Positions 29,283-38,218 of a stretch of 64,000 nt of DNA are shown here, in pieces; position 1 is the first letter of the stretch; every line of letters begins with the position of its first letter. The DNA lies in contig LQBH01000001.1 of the NCBI GenBank assembly GCA_002030015.1, forward strand, positions 3,190-67,189, written 5' to 3'. The stretch comes from a delta proteobacterium MLS_D. Its GTDB lineage: Bacteria; Desulfobacterota; Syntrophia; Syntrophales; UBA2210. The notes beneath the pieces are model-generated. The model was given only the letters and a program-made list of their open reading frames with translations. It was not told the DNA's origin and searched no databases. Both the position numbers and the translations under genes were made by a program.

Positions 29283-30863
29283 ATGGCGAAAGAACCTATT
29301 TCCAGGCGCGGGTTTCTGAAACGATCACTCTGGACAGGCGCCGGCATCGGCGGTGTGGCGCTGGCGGGAGGAGGGGTTTATAAACTCCTGCGGGTCAGGG
29401 ACATCGAGAAACTTGTCGGTGCTTATCCCGGAGGAGCGGAACATCACGCCCTCGAAATAGTGAACGGCTCGGCGCCGCGGCCGAACATTGTGCTTATTTA
29501 TTGCGACGATCTGGGTTACGGGGATGTGGGTTGCTTCGGCAACTCGGTTATCCGGACGCCCCATGTCGACAGCCTGGCGGCTGAGGGTACGCGTTTTACC
29601 GAATACTATGCCTGTAATGCCGTGTGCGCGCCATCGAGGGCTGGTCTGCTTACCGGCAGATACCCACTGCGGACCGGCATCATCGGCAACACCTATCCCG
29701 AAAACGAACCGGTGGGCAGAAGGATGGCCAGGAATTTCGGTGTAATGCTGAAACACCTCGGGGTGCTGGATATCCGTGAAGAATATGTGGCGCGAGGTAT
29801 CGACGCCGCCGAAATAACCCTGGCGGAAGCGTTGAAAGTCGCCGGATACCGCACCGGCATGATGGGTAAGTGGCATCTCGGTGATTACAGCACCAATCAG
29901 GATTTCAACCCTCTGCGCCACGGGTTTGACTACTATTTCGGCGTTCCCTACAGCAACGACATGAGGCCGCTTCCTCTGTACCGTAACGAGACCGAACTCG
30001 ATGCCGACCTTGATTCGGGAGAAAAACAGGCGAAACTCACCGGCCGGTATACGGAGGAAGCGGTTAGATTCATAGAAAATTCTTCAGGCGGCCCCTTTTT
30101 CCTGTACCTGGCGCACACCTTTCCACACCAGCCGCTCTTTCCTTCCGAGCGGTTCGAAAAACAGTCGCGCGCGGGAAAATTCGGCGACGTGGTCGAGGAA
30201 ATCGACTGGAGCGTCGGGGAGATACTGAAATGCCTTGAGAGAAACGGCCTCGATCGTAATACCCTGTTGATATTCACCAGTGACAACGGTCCCTGGTACG
30301 AAGGCAGTACCGGCAGTCTTCGCGGGCGGAAGGGACAGAGTTATGAAGGCGGTTTCCGGGTCCCCTTTATCGCCCGGTGGCCGGGGAACATTCCGCGGGG
30401 AAGTGAGAATGCCGCCCCGGTGATGAACATCGATCTCTATCCCACACTGCTGTCGCTGGCGGGCGTCGGTCTGCCCCGGGACAGGATTGTGGACGGGAAA
30501 GATATTATGCCACTGCTCACCGGGACACGTACGCAATCTCCCCACGATGCGCTTTACTTTTTTCATTACGATCAACTGGAGGGGATCAGGGCAGGCAGGT
30601 GGAAATATTTTGATAAACTGCATCGCTACACATGGCCTATAGCCCTCGACGCCGCGGTGGTTCCGAATAAGCTGGGAGCCGATCAGCTGGGCGACAGGTG
30701 GCCCCTGTTGTACGACATCAAGCGTGATCCGGGAGAATCGTACAACGTCATCAACACCTATCCCGACGTGGCCGAACAACTGAAAAAGAAGATGGATACG
30801 TTCAGAAATCTCATGGCGGAAAATCCCCGGGGATTTAAAAACCGCTCTTCGTCCGCAATGTGA
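29283..30863 (+). CDS. Tat-exported Cys-type formylglycine-dependent sulfatase (arylsulfatase A-like)
   Basis: SRRGFLK twin-arginine signal; PNIVLIYCDDLGYGD, CAPSRAGLLTGR, GKWHLG, SDNG, YEGGFRVP. Confidence 0.92.
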   Translation: MAKEPISRRGFLKRSLWTGAGIGGVALAGGGVYKLLRVRDIEKLVGAYPGGAEHHALEIVNGSAPRPNIVLIYCDDLGYGDVGCFGNSVIRTPHVDSLAAEGTRFTEYYACNAVCAPSRAGLLTGRYPLRTGIIGNTYPENEPVGRRMARNFGVMLKHLGVLDIREEYVARGIDAAEITLAEALKVAGYRTGMMGKWHLGDYSTNQDFNPLRHGFDYYFGVPYSNDMRPLPLYRNETELDADLDSGEKQAKLTGRYTEEAVRFIENSSGGPFFLYLAHTFPHQPLFPSERFEKQSRAGKFGDVVEEIDWSVGEILKCLERNGLDRNTLLIFTSDNGPWYEGSTGSLRGRKGQSYEGGFRVPFIARWPGNIPRGSENAAPVMNIDLYPTLLSLAGVGLPRDRIVDGKDIMPLLTGTRTQSPHDALYFFHYDQLEGIRAGRWKYFDKLHRYTWPIALDAAVVPNKLGADQLGDRWPLLYDIKRDPGESYNVINTYPDVAEQLKKKMDTFRNLMAENPRGFKNRSSSAM

Positions 30864-30913
30864 CGGTTCCCGAATGCCGCGAGTTTCCACCTGTTTGTGA
30901 GAAATGATTGATT

Positions 30914-32134
30914 ATGGACAGCCTGTCACTGCTCTTGAAACCGGCGTCGTACCGCTGTAACCTCGAGTGCTCTTACTGTTTTTACAGGCGGGTCGCCGGT
31001 GTTTACGAACAACCGTCGACGTTCATGAAATACGACGTCCTGGACATGCTCGTCAAAACCGCCATGACGTCCGGCGCCCGGCGGGTTTCTTTCTGCTGGC
31101 AGGGCGGCGAACCAACGCTGATGGGTGTCAATTTTTTCAGGAATGCCGTTGAATTGCAGAGAAAATACGCCCGGCCGGGTCAGCAGGTCGAGAACCTGCT
31201 CCAGACGAACGGCGTGCTGCTTGACGACGACTGGTTTCGCTTTCTTCGCGACAACCGTTTCCTGGTGGGAATAAGCCTCGACGGACCGGAGAATATCCAT
31301 GACGCGTACCGCGTCGACCGAAACGGCGAAGGCACGTTTCAGCGGGTAATGGATGTGGTTGACGGCATGAGGACGGGCGGGGTTGATTTCAATATTCTCA
31401 CCCTGGTGCATGATAAAAACGTTCGGCAGCCTGATCGGCTGTATGACTTCATGCGCCGAAACAATTTCAATTATCTCCAGTTTATACCCTGTTTTGAAGT
31501 CGATGAGAAATCGGGGAAGGCACTGCCTTATTCGGTTGACGGCAGGGAACTCGGCGAGTTTTATTGCCGGCTCTTTGATCGATGGTACGAGGACGGGTTT
31601 CCCTACGTGTCGATACGGCTTTTCGCTGATATCCTGATCTACCTGGTTGACGGTGCTCTGACGTCCTGTTCCTGGCTTGAAGAATGTAAATCTTATATCG
31701 TGGTCGAGCATAACGGGGATTGCTATCCCTGTGATTTTTTCGTGTATCCCGAATGGCGCCTCGGCAATATAATGGAAGACAGCCTTGCATCCATCCTGGA
31801 CGGTAAAGCGAGAGAGGAATTCAGCGCCATGAAGACTGATATTCCGGCGGCTTGCCGTCATTGCCCCTTGTTCGACTTCTGCCACGGAGACTGCACGAGA
31901 TTCAGGTGGGACGGAACAGGTGGATATAGGGACGTCAGCCGGTACTGTGAAACCTGGTTGATGCTTTTCCGGCACATCGACCCGGTGAAAGACGAGATGC
32001 GGGATCGCGCCGTCCGGTTGAGAGAATCGATTCTGAGCGGTCGGTTTGATCTGATCGGCAGGAACCAGCCCTGTCCCTGCGGGAGCGGTAAAAAGCTCAA
32101 ACATTGTTGCGGCAGGGGCGCGCCGGTTATATGA
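30914..32134 (+). CDS. Anaerobic sulfatase maturase (radical SAM/SPASM, anSME) with C-terminal SEC-C motif
   Basis: CNLECSYC, WQGGEP, QTNG, ISLDGP, YPCDFFV, CxxCxxxxxCxGxC, GRNQPCPCGSGKKLKHCC. Confidence 0.92.
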   Translation: MDSLSLLLKPASYRCNLECSYCFYRRVAGVYEQPSTFMKYDVLDMLVKTAMTSGARRVSFCWQGGEPTLMGVNFFRNAVELQRKYARPGQQVENLLQTNGVLLDDDWFRFLRDNRFLVGISLDGPENIHDAYRVDRNGEGTFQRVMDVVDGMRTGGVDFNILTLVHDKNVRQPDRLYDFMRRNNFNYLQFIPCFEVDEKSGKALPYSVDGRELGEFYCRLFDRWYEDGFPYVSIRLFADILIYLVDGALTSCSWLEECKSYIVVEHNGDCYPCDFFVYPEWRLGNIMEDSLASILDGKAREEFSAMKTDIPAACRHCPLFDFCHGDCTRFRWDGTGGYRDVSRYCETWLMLFRHIDPVKDEMRDRAVRLRESILSGRFDLIGRNQPCPCGSGKKLKHCCGRGAPVI

Positions 32135-32187
32135 TTCGAAGAAACGGAAACGTCCTGTCGGAATATCGCCCGCCCCGGCCGTCTCAT

Positions 32188-32216
32188 TTGCCATAGTTTC
32201 CAACTTTATTTATTAT
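32188..32216 (+). promoter_or_regulatory. sigma70-type promoter
   Basis: TTGCCA, 17 bp, TATTAT. Confidence 0.55.
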
Positions 32217-32223
32217 ACAGAAC

Positions 32224-32994
32224 ATGTCCAGGGTATACTTAATAAGATGTTTCACGTGGGCAAGACGGCACATTCAAGCCTTTGTGCGCCGGTACACGGG
32301 ATACATGAATTCTCCCTCCGTACTCAGGCGTGGCGTCAGTTTCGCCGTATTTTCAGGTGTGCTTTTCCTGGCCGTCCTGGGCCTGCTGCATGTTATTGAT
32401 CCATACCCGCTGAGAGACTGGATCTATCTCCGGCTCAGTCTTCACGACCTCGGGGCGGCGGGACCGATCATCTTTATCTTGCTGGCCGGCGTCCTGCCGC
32501 TTTTTTCACCTTTGAACATACTGGTAGTGACCGGCTCGGCAAGTTTCGGACCGGTAGTCGGTATGATCCTGTCCTACCTGGGGGCCCTGATCAACGCCAA
32601 CATCACCTTTATTCTCGTCAAGGCGCTCGGCGTCGAGGACAAATGGGGGAACAGCCATCGTCAGGCCCGGATCAAAAGGAACATTCAACGCAACGGATAT
32701 CCCATTGTACTGCTGCTGCAGATCATCTCGATTTTTCCCTTCGTCGCCATCAATTCGGCGGCCGCTGCCGCCGGAATAGGGTGGAGGGATTTTATGAAAG
32801 CCAATCTCCTGGGTGTTATTCTCCCCATCGCGGTTTACTCGTTTTTCGGGGAAGCGATCGTCCTGGAACTGTTATCGCCCCGGATGTACTGCGCCTTCAT
32901 AATAGTAATATTTTTGACTATCGTGATTGTCGCATTGAGGGAGAAAAGAAATTCTCATCGGGGGCGAGGACAGCGTCAGCTTCGCAGGGAATAA
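32224..32994 (+). CDS. TVP38/TMEM64 (DedA-superfamily, SNARE-associated) membrane protein; start 32224 or 32305
   Basis: G..GPIIFI, FGPVVG..LSYLGA, PF.AIN.AAA..GI.W.DF...N.LG pattern. Confidence 0.75.
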   Translation: MSRVYLIRCFTWARRHIQAFVRRYTGYMNSPSVLRRGVSFAVFSGVLFLAVLGLLHVIDPYPLRDWIYLRLSLHDLGAAGPIIFILLAGVLPLFSPLNILVVTGSASFGPVVGMILSYLGALINANITFILVKALGVEDKWGNSHRQARIKRNIQRNGYPIVLLLQIISIFPFVAINSAAAAAGIGWRDFMKANLLGVILPIAVYSFFGEAIVLELLSPRMYCAFIIVIFLTIVIVALREKRNSHRGRGQRQLRRE

Positions 32995-33166
32995 CCGTGT
33001 CGCCGGACCGGTTTCCGGCAGTCGGTAACGGAGAAAATTATTAATCGCCGTCAGGGTGTTCTGTGTTTTTCAATTATTTTCGTGGCGGGGTCAACAGGCG
33101 GGAGTTGATCATCGGGCGTTTGATCCGGGGCCACGGAAACGGTCGATACCGGCTTTTTCTCCTTCA

Positions 33167-33203
33167 AAAAAAAAGAACCTGGCGTGTAATAATCCAGGTT
33201 CCT
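33167..33203 (-). terminator. Intrinsic terminator downstream of tRNA-Glu
   Basis: Minus strand GAACCTGG-loop-CCAGGTTC followed by a T-run. Confidence 0.7.
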
Positions 33204-33214
33204 GAGAGAAAAAC

Positions 33215-33290
33215 TGGCGTCCCCACGGGGAGTCGAACCCCGGTTACCGGCGTGAAAGGCCGGTGTCCTAGGCCACTAGACGATGGGGAC
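33215..33290 (-). tRNA. tRNA-Glu (TTC)
   Basis: Reverse complement GTCCCCATCGTCTAGTGGCCTAGGACACCGGCC-TTTCAC-GCCGGTAACCGGGGTTCGACTCCCCGTGGGGACGCCA; cloverleaf, encoded CCA. Confidence 0.97.
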
Positions 33291-33415
33291 GAAAAGACGT
33301 GATTCAAGCCGGAATTAAAGTGCGCTCTATATATCGTTCGGTGCGACCTGTCAAGAAGAAACGACCACGGTTGTCAGCCTCTTGCGCACTATTTACGGGT
33401 GCTTTGCACGTGGTG

Positions 33416-35506
33416 CTATTCGAATACCACCGGTTCACGCATGATGACATCCCGCGCTTCCATCGCCAGGGCGGCTATGGCCGGGTGTGTTTCCCGGAGG
33501 GACCCGATCTGGCGGAGGTTGTCCGCCGTTCTCGATATCAGCATGACCAGATCGCCGTCGGCGATTTTCAGGCTGCCGGTTACGAGATTCCAATCCAGAC
33601 CGCGGGCCCAGTGATAGATGGCGAGCGAAGCCCAGAGGGGAAGCGCGGCGGTTTCAAATCCATCCGCCGCCATCCGATCCGCCAGGGGTTTGACAGCCGC
33701 CGCGACGGCGTCGTAGGCCGTCCGAAGCCTGCGCGGCACGTCTCTCTTTCTGAGCGTGATATCCTGTCCGCGGTCGGAAACAAAGGCGGCCACCACTGCC
33801 GCCAGCAGCGCCGGGTCGTCTCCGGGGAAAACTTCATCCTTCACGCACTGGGCGATCAGCAGGGGCTGGTCAAGGCGGAGCCGTGACGCCCACATTCCCG
33901 ACTCGGTCAGTCTTCCGCGGTCATCAACGTAGCCTTCCTGTTGGAGAAAAGCCAGGTGACGGAGGAAATCCTTCCAGAGCCCGCCGCTCTGGGGTCGTTT
34001 CTTTTTCGTCGGCCGGAAGTCGGCGAAGGAGGATTCAAAAATAATCCTGATTTCGTCGGGGCCGTGCGACAGAAGAAGGTTGAGGGCCATGGAAAAATCA
34101 TTTTTTATCCGGCTCTCGATCCGTTCGGATTTTTTCGCCAGCATTTTCCGGATGTGATGCAGGTCCATGAATCTGCCGGGGAACACGATCATGAAACCGA
34201 CGTTGTCGAGTCCTCTCCTTCCCGCCCGACCCGTCATCTGGTGAAATTCCGTGGCGGTCAGCGGTACGAATTCATGGCCGTTGAACCGGTCGGAGTTGAA
34301 CAGCACCACGGTGCGGGCCGGAAAATTGACGCCTGCCGCTATGGTTGACGTGGCGAAAACAGCTTCCAGGAATCCCTTCTTCATGAGATGTTCCACCAGA
34401 AATTTCCACGCCGGAAGCTGACCGCCGTGATGAGACGCCAGGCGCAGATATCTGAGAGCTTCCAGGTGCTTGTGGTTCCGGAGGAAGGGGTTGTTTTCCA
34501 GGTATGCCTCGAGGGTTTCTTCGAATTCCGCCGTGTCATGCAGATGCGGACGGCTGTGGCAGAGTGCGAGTGCGGCGTCGCATTCATCGCGGGACTTGAG
34601 AAAGAAGATCGCCGGCAGGAGGTTCAAGCGCCGGAGCGTGCAGGTAATGTCGTCGAATGGTGGAAAGCGGGGAAAACGTTTCGGCTGAGATCCCCGTTCC
34701 ATCCATGCCGTAACCTTGTCGTGGAGAGACCGTTCCTTCAAAAGTGGAGTGACCGTTCCCGACGGCTGCAGGAAAAGAGGGTGAAGATCAACGGGGCGTC
34801 TGGTTTCTGCTATGACGATGCATTTCTTGTCCCGTATCGACTGAAGCCACCCGGCTATTTCATCGGCGTTGCCGACGGTCGCCGAGAGCAGCAGAAGGTT
34901 GATCCTCGCCGGAAGGTAGATCATTATTTCTTCCCATACGACGCCTCGATCCGGATCTCCCATGAAATGAGCTTCATCGAGGACGACCAGATCGCAGTCG
35001 AGCATTTCTCCCCGGTGCATCGAATCGTAGAGCTGATTCCTCAGGATTTCCGTGGTGCCCACTACCAGGGGAGCGTCGGCGTTCTCGTGGGTATCGCCTG
35101 TTAAAATTCCCACCTGGTCATGGCCGAAGATACCGGAGAACTCGACCCATTTCGAATTCGACAAGGCCTTCAGCGGCGACGCGTACCAGCAGCGGCCGCC
35201 TTTTTGAAGCGTTTCGGCAATGGCCTTTTCCGCTATCCAGGTTTTTCCGGCGCCCGTGGGAGCGGTCACCAGGCAGTCCGTCCGGCCGATGGCCTCGATT
35301 GCCGCCACCTGGAAAGGATCCGGTCGAAACGTCGTTTCCTCCGGCTTCCCGATAAGGGTGAGCAGGTTTCGCAGTTCACCGTCTATCTGAGGCTTCATCC
35401 GTTTCCGTGACGGTTTTTGATCCGTCGAAACGGGGCGCCTCTTCCCGCCGGGCCTCCTGTTTCCGGGCTGCCTTCTGTATGTGAACTGTTTTGCAGTACC
35501 TGTCAT
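33416..35506 (-). CDS. Ski2-like (HelY-type) DEAD/DEAH-box helicase
   Basis: PDPFQ Q motif, APTGAGKT, PLKALSN, DEAH, SAT, HHGG, QMTGRAGRRG, DSHCT-like C-terminus. Confidence 0.9.
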   Translation of the reverse strand: MTGTAKQFTYRRQPGNRRPGGKRRPVSTDQKPSRKRMKPQIDGELRNLLTLIGKPEETTFRPDPFQVAAIEAIGRTDCLVTAPTGAGKTWIAEKAIAETLQKGGRCWYASPLKALSNSKWVEFSGIFGHDQVGILTGDTHENADAPLVVGTTEILRNQLYDSMHRGEMLDCDLVVLDEAHFMGDPDRGVVWEEIMIYLPARINLLLLSATVGNADEIAGWLQSIRDKKCIVIAETRRPVDLHPLFLQPSGTVTPLLKERSLHDKVTAWMERGSQPKRFPRFPPFDDITCTLRRLNLLPAIFFLKSRDECDAALALCHSRPHLHDTAEFEETLEAYLENNPFLRNHKHLEALRYLRLASHHGGQLPAWKFLVEHLMKKGFLEAVFATSTIAAGVNFPARTVVLFNSDRFNGHEFVPLTATEFHQMTGRAGRRGLDNVGFMIVFPGRFMDLHHIRKMLAKKSERIESRIKNDFSMALNLLLSHGPDEIRIIFESSFADFRPTKKKRPQSGGLWKDFLRHLAFLQQEGYVDDRGRLTESGMWASRLRLDQPLLIAQCVKDEVFPGDDPALLAAVVAAFVSDRGQDITLRKRDVPRRLRTAYDAVAAAVKPLADRMAADGFETAALPLWASLAIYHWARGLDWNLVTGSLKIADGDLVMLISRTADNLRQIGSLRETHPAIAALAMEARDVIMREPVVFE

Positions 35507-35622
35507 GGTGTCCTTTTTTCATCCTTCCACGTGCCGGGTAACGCTATCACAGTGAGATGCCGTCGTAAAGAAAGGGCTTCCGTAAAGAAGCGGGTCCTTT
35601 CTCGTCTTCAGGGCAGAATGAC

Positions 35623-35664
35623 GAAAGGCCCGACGAGAATTTTCTCGTTTCGGGCCTTTTTTTG
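35623..35664. terminator. Hairpin/terminator between the small basic protein and the helicase
   Basis: AAAGGCCCGA-CGAGAA-tt-TTCTCG-tt-TCGGGCCTTT followed by further Ts. Confidence 0.6.
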
Positions 35665-35699
35665 AAACATGAACAACGAAAAGAGCTTCACCGTGCCTG

Positions 35700-36056
35700 T
35701 TATGACTCGTCGCCTTCTTTCTTTTCCTTTTTCTGTTTTTTCTTCTGCTGGCGCTTGCTCTCCTCGGGCGACACCTCATCGGCTGCCGCTTTCTTCTTTG
35801 GCTTTTCCGGTTTCGGCGCGGCAAGCTTTTCCGCTTTCCGTGCCGCTTTTTCGTCTACTTTTTTCGCCATTTCGGCGATTGAACGCAACCGGGCCCTGCT
35901 TCTCCTGATTTTTGCCTTCAGCATTTTTACGATCGTGTCTTTATTGACGGCTGGTGTCTCCGCGCCTTCCTCTGTTAACAGGGCGATACGCTCTGCCAGT
36001 TTCTTTTCCCAGTATTCCTTCTGGTTCGCCCGCGTTTCTTCGCTCTTGGATGTCAT
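35700..36056 (-). CDS. Small Lys/Glu-rich hypothetical protein (118 aa)
   Basis: ATG 36056 with AAGAAAGGA RBS; helical, highly charged; the longer ORF-track start overlaps tRNA-Lys. Confidence 0.7.
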   Translation of the reverse strand: MTSKSEETRANQKEYWEKKLAERIALLTEEGAETPAVNKDTIVKMLKAKIRRSRARLRSIAEMAKKVDEKAARKAEKLAAPKPEKPKKKAAADEVSPEESKRQQKKKQKKEKKEGDES

Positions 36057-36124
36057 GGTGCCCGATCCTTTCTTCCTTGAATCCCGCCCCGTCCGCCGGT
36101 TCAGTTCCTCCACCAACCGCCGAC

Positions 36125-36201
36125 TGGTGGGCCGTGCGGGATTCGAACCCGCGGCCAACGGATTAAAAGTCCGCTGCTCTACCGGACTGAGCTAACGGCC
36201 C
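36125..36201 (-). tRNA. tRNA-Lys (TTT)
   Basis: Reverse complement GGGCCGTTAGCTCAGTCCGGTAGAGCAGCGGA-CTTTTAA-TCCGTTGGCCGCGGGTTCGAATCCCGCACGGCCCACCA. Confidence 0.97.
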
Positions 36202-36226
36202 TTCGTGCGGCTTGGGAAAGTGAACC

Positions 36227-36256
36227 TTCATAGCAGGAAGCCTTTTTCATTGTCAA
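36227..36256 (-). promoter_or_regulatory. Promoter of tRNA-Lys
   Basis: Minus strand TTGACA, 18 bp, TATGAA with TGn extension. Confidence 0.55.
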
Positions 36257-36414
36257 GAAGAAAACCCGGAAATGCGGTCAATTCCGCCGCCAATACGGGC
36301 GTCTTCGGCGATGCAGGCCCGGTCCCCGTTCCGTTGCAATCAGGGTTGTCCCGGTTGTGATAGGTATCACCCTGTGGTAAAGGAATGACACGCGAAAGGG
36401 GCGTTGAAATCACC

Positions 36415-37227
36415 ATGAATATAACGTCGATTGTGCAGCACGTCCACGTGAACATGCCGGTTCACTTGCTCCTGAAACAGTACTTTCCCCTGGTGCTTGA
36501 AAAACGACTGAACCTTGAAATCGGTTTCGACTGTTTTGCCCTCGACACGTACGGAATGGAGGATTATCGGGAGGCCGCCCGCATATTGTCCGGAGCGGGC
36601 GTCAGAGTCACCTTTCACGCACCTTTTTACGACCTGCGGCCCGGCGCGCTTGATTACACCGTGAGAAACGCCACTGTCGAACGCATTCAACAGGTTTTCG
36701 ATCTGGTGGAGATTTTTCACCCGCTGTCCGTGGTGTGTCACGCGGCTTTCGACCGCCGTTACTACGTTTCTCATGAAGAGAACTGGATCGAGAACAGCAT
36801 TACCACCTGGGCGCCCTTCGTTCGGGCCGCCGCGGAACTGGGAACGGTCCTCATGCTGGAGAACGTGTATGAAGACGGCCCGCGGGAACTGGAGCGTCTC
36901 CTGGAAGGGCTTGGCGACGATCCCCACGTGGGAATCTGTTTCGACACGGGTCACTGGAACGCCTTTTCCGCCGCACCGCTTCGCGAATGGATGGACAGCC
37001 TGGCGGATCGTATCGGTGAGCTTCATCTTCATGACAACCACGGTTCCCGTGACGAACATCTGCCCGCGGGCGCGGGAACGTTTCCCTTCCGCGATTTTTT
37101 TACGATGCTCGCCGATTGTGGTCGAAACCCCATCGTCACCGTCGAACCCCACAAGCCGGAAGACTTGTGGAAGACCCTGGAATATATCGCCGGTATGGAC
37201 ACGTTGCCGCCGGGGATGACAATCTGA
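36415..37227 (+). CDS. Sugar phosphate isomerase/epimerase (AP endonuclease 2 / xylose isomerase-like TIM barrel)
   Basis: HAPF.DL, MLENV, FDTGH, HLHDNHG..DEHL..G.G, E metal ligands. Confidence 0.85.
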   Translation: MNITSIVQHVHVNMPVHLLLKQYFPLVLEKRLNLEIGFDCFALDTYGMEDYREAARILSGAGVRVTFHAPFYDLRPGALDYTVRNATVERIQQVFDLVEIFHPLSVVCHAAFDRRYYVSHEENWIENSITTWAPFVRAAAELGTVLMLENVYEDGPRELERLLEGLGDDPHVGICFDTGHWNAFSAAPLREWMDSLADRIGELHLHDNHGSRDEHLPAGAGTFPFRDFFTMLADCGRNPIVTVEPHKPEDLWKTLEYIAGMDTLPPGMTI

Positions 37228-37240
37228 GAAGCGCGTATTC

Positions 37241-38218
37241 ATGGTTTTCTATCTTGTAAAAAGACTCCTTACGATGATTCCACTGCTGATCGGCATCACG
37301 ATCATCTGCTTCGTCGTAATTCACCTGGCGCCGGGGTCTCCCACCGATCTCCAGACCGAGCTCAGTCCGCACGCGTCGGTGGAGGCGAAAGAACGCCTTA
37401 TGGCTCTTTACGATCTGGATAAACCTGTTCACGTGCAGTACCTGCTCTGGATCAAGAAGCTGGCAACCCTTGATCTCGGTCATTCCTTCTCATCCGACGG
37501 GCGTCTTGTGGTGGACAAGATCGCCGAGCGGCTTCCCATCACCATACTAATCAATGTTCTTTCCATGATTCTCATTATAGCAGTTGCCGTGCCGCTGGGC
37601 GTGATTTCGGCCGTCCGGCGCGATTCTCTCTTCGACAAAGCGACGACGATCTTTGTTTTCGTAGGATTCGCCATCCCGACCTTCTGGCTGGCGCTTTTGC
37701 TGATGATTCTCTTCGGTGTCAACCTGGGCTGGCTTCCCATATCGGGCATCCGGTCGTTGAATTACGAGTATTTCCCCGTGTGGCACCAGTATGTAGACCT
37801 CGTCAAGCATCTCGTGCTGCCCGTTCTGCTTTCGGCCTTCGGAGGTCTCGCGGGATTCTCACGCTACATGCGGGCCAACATGCTGGAAGTGATCCGCCAG
37901 GATTACATCACGACGGCCAGGGCCAAAGGACTGAGCGAGCGCGTGGTCATTTACAAGCACGCCCTTCGAAACGCCCTTCTTCCGGTCATCACCATCCTCG
38001 GTCTGTCCGTGCCGGGACTTATCGGGGGAAGCGTTATTTTCGAGACAATTTTCGCCATCCCCGGTATGGGACAGCTTTTTTATTTGTCCGTCATGTCGAG
38101 GGATTATCCGGTGGTCATGGGTATTCTGTTTATCGGCGCCGTGCTGACTCTCATGGGAAACCTGCTCGCCGACGTATCCTACGCCGCGGCTGATCCGCGG
38201 ATCAGGGTGTCATCATGA
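37241..38218 (+). CDS. Peptide ABC transporter permease (DppB/OppB-like)
   Basis: [40 protein letters not shown]. Confidence 0.92.
   Translation: MVFYLVKRLLTMIPLLIGITIICFVVIHLAPGSPTDLQTELSPHASVEAKERLMALYDLDKPVHVQYLLWIKKLATLDLGHSFSSDGRLVVDKIAERLPITILINVLSMILIIAVAVPLGVISAVRRDSLFDKATTIFVFVGFAIPTFWLALLLMILFGVNLGWLPISGIRSLNYEYFPVWHQYVDLVKHLVLPVLLSAFGGLAGFSRYMRANMLEVIRQDYITTARAKGLSERVVIYKHALRNALLPVITILGLSVPGLIGGSVIFETIFAIPGMGQLFYLSVMSRDYPVVMGILFIGAVLTLMGNLLADVSYAAADPRIRVSS

Noticed and set aside
36057-36158. N-terminal extension of ORF 35700..36158
   Set aside because: Overlaps tRNA-Lys; the RBS supports ATG 36056
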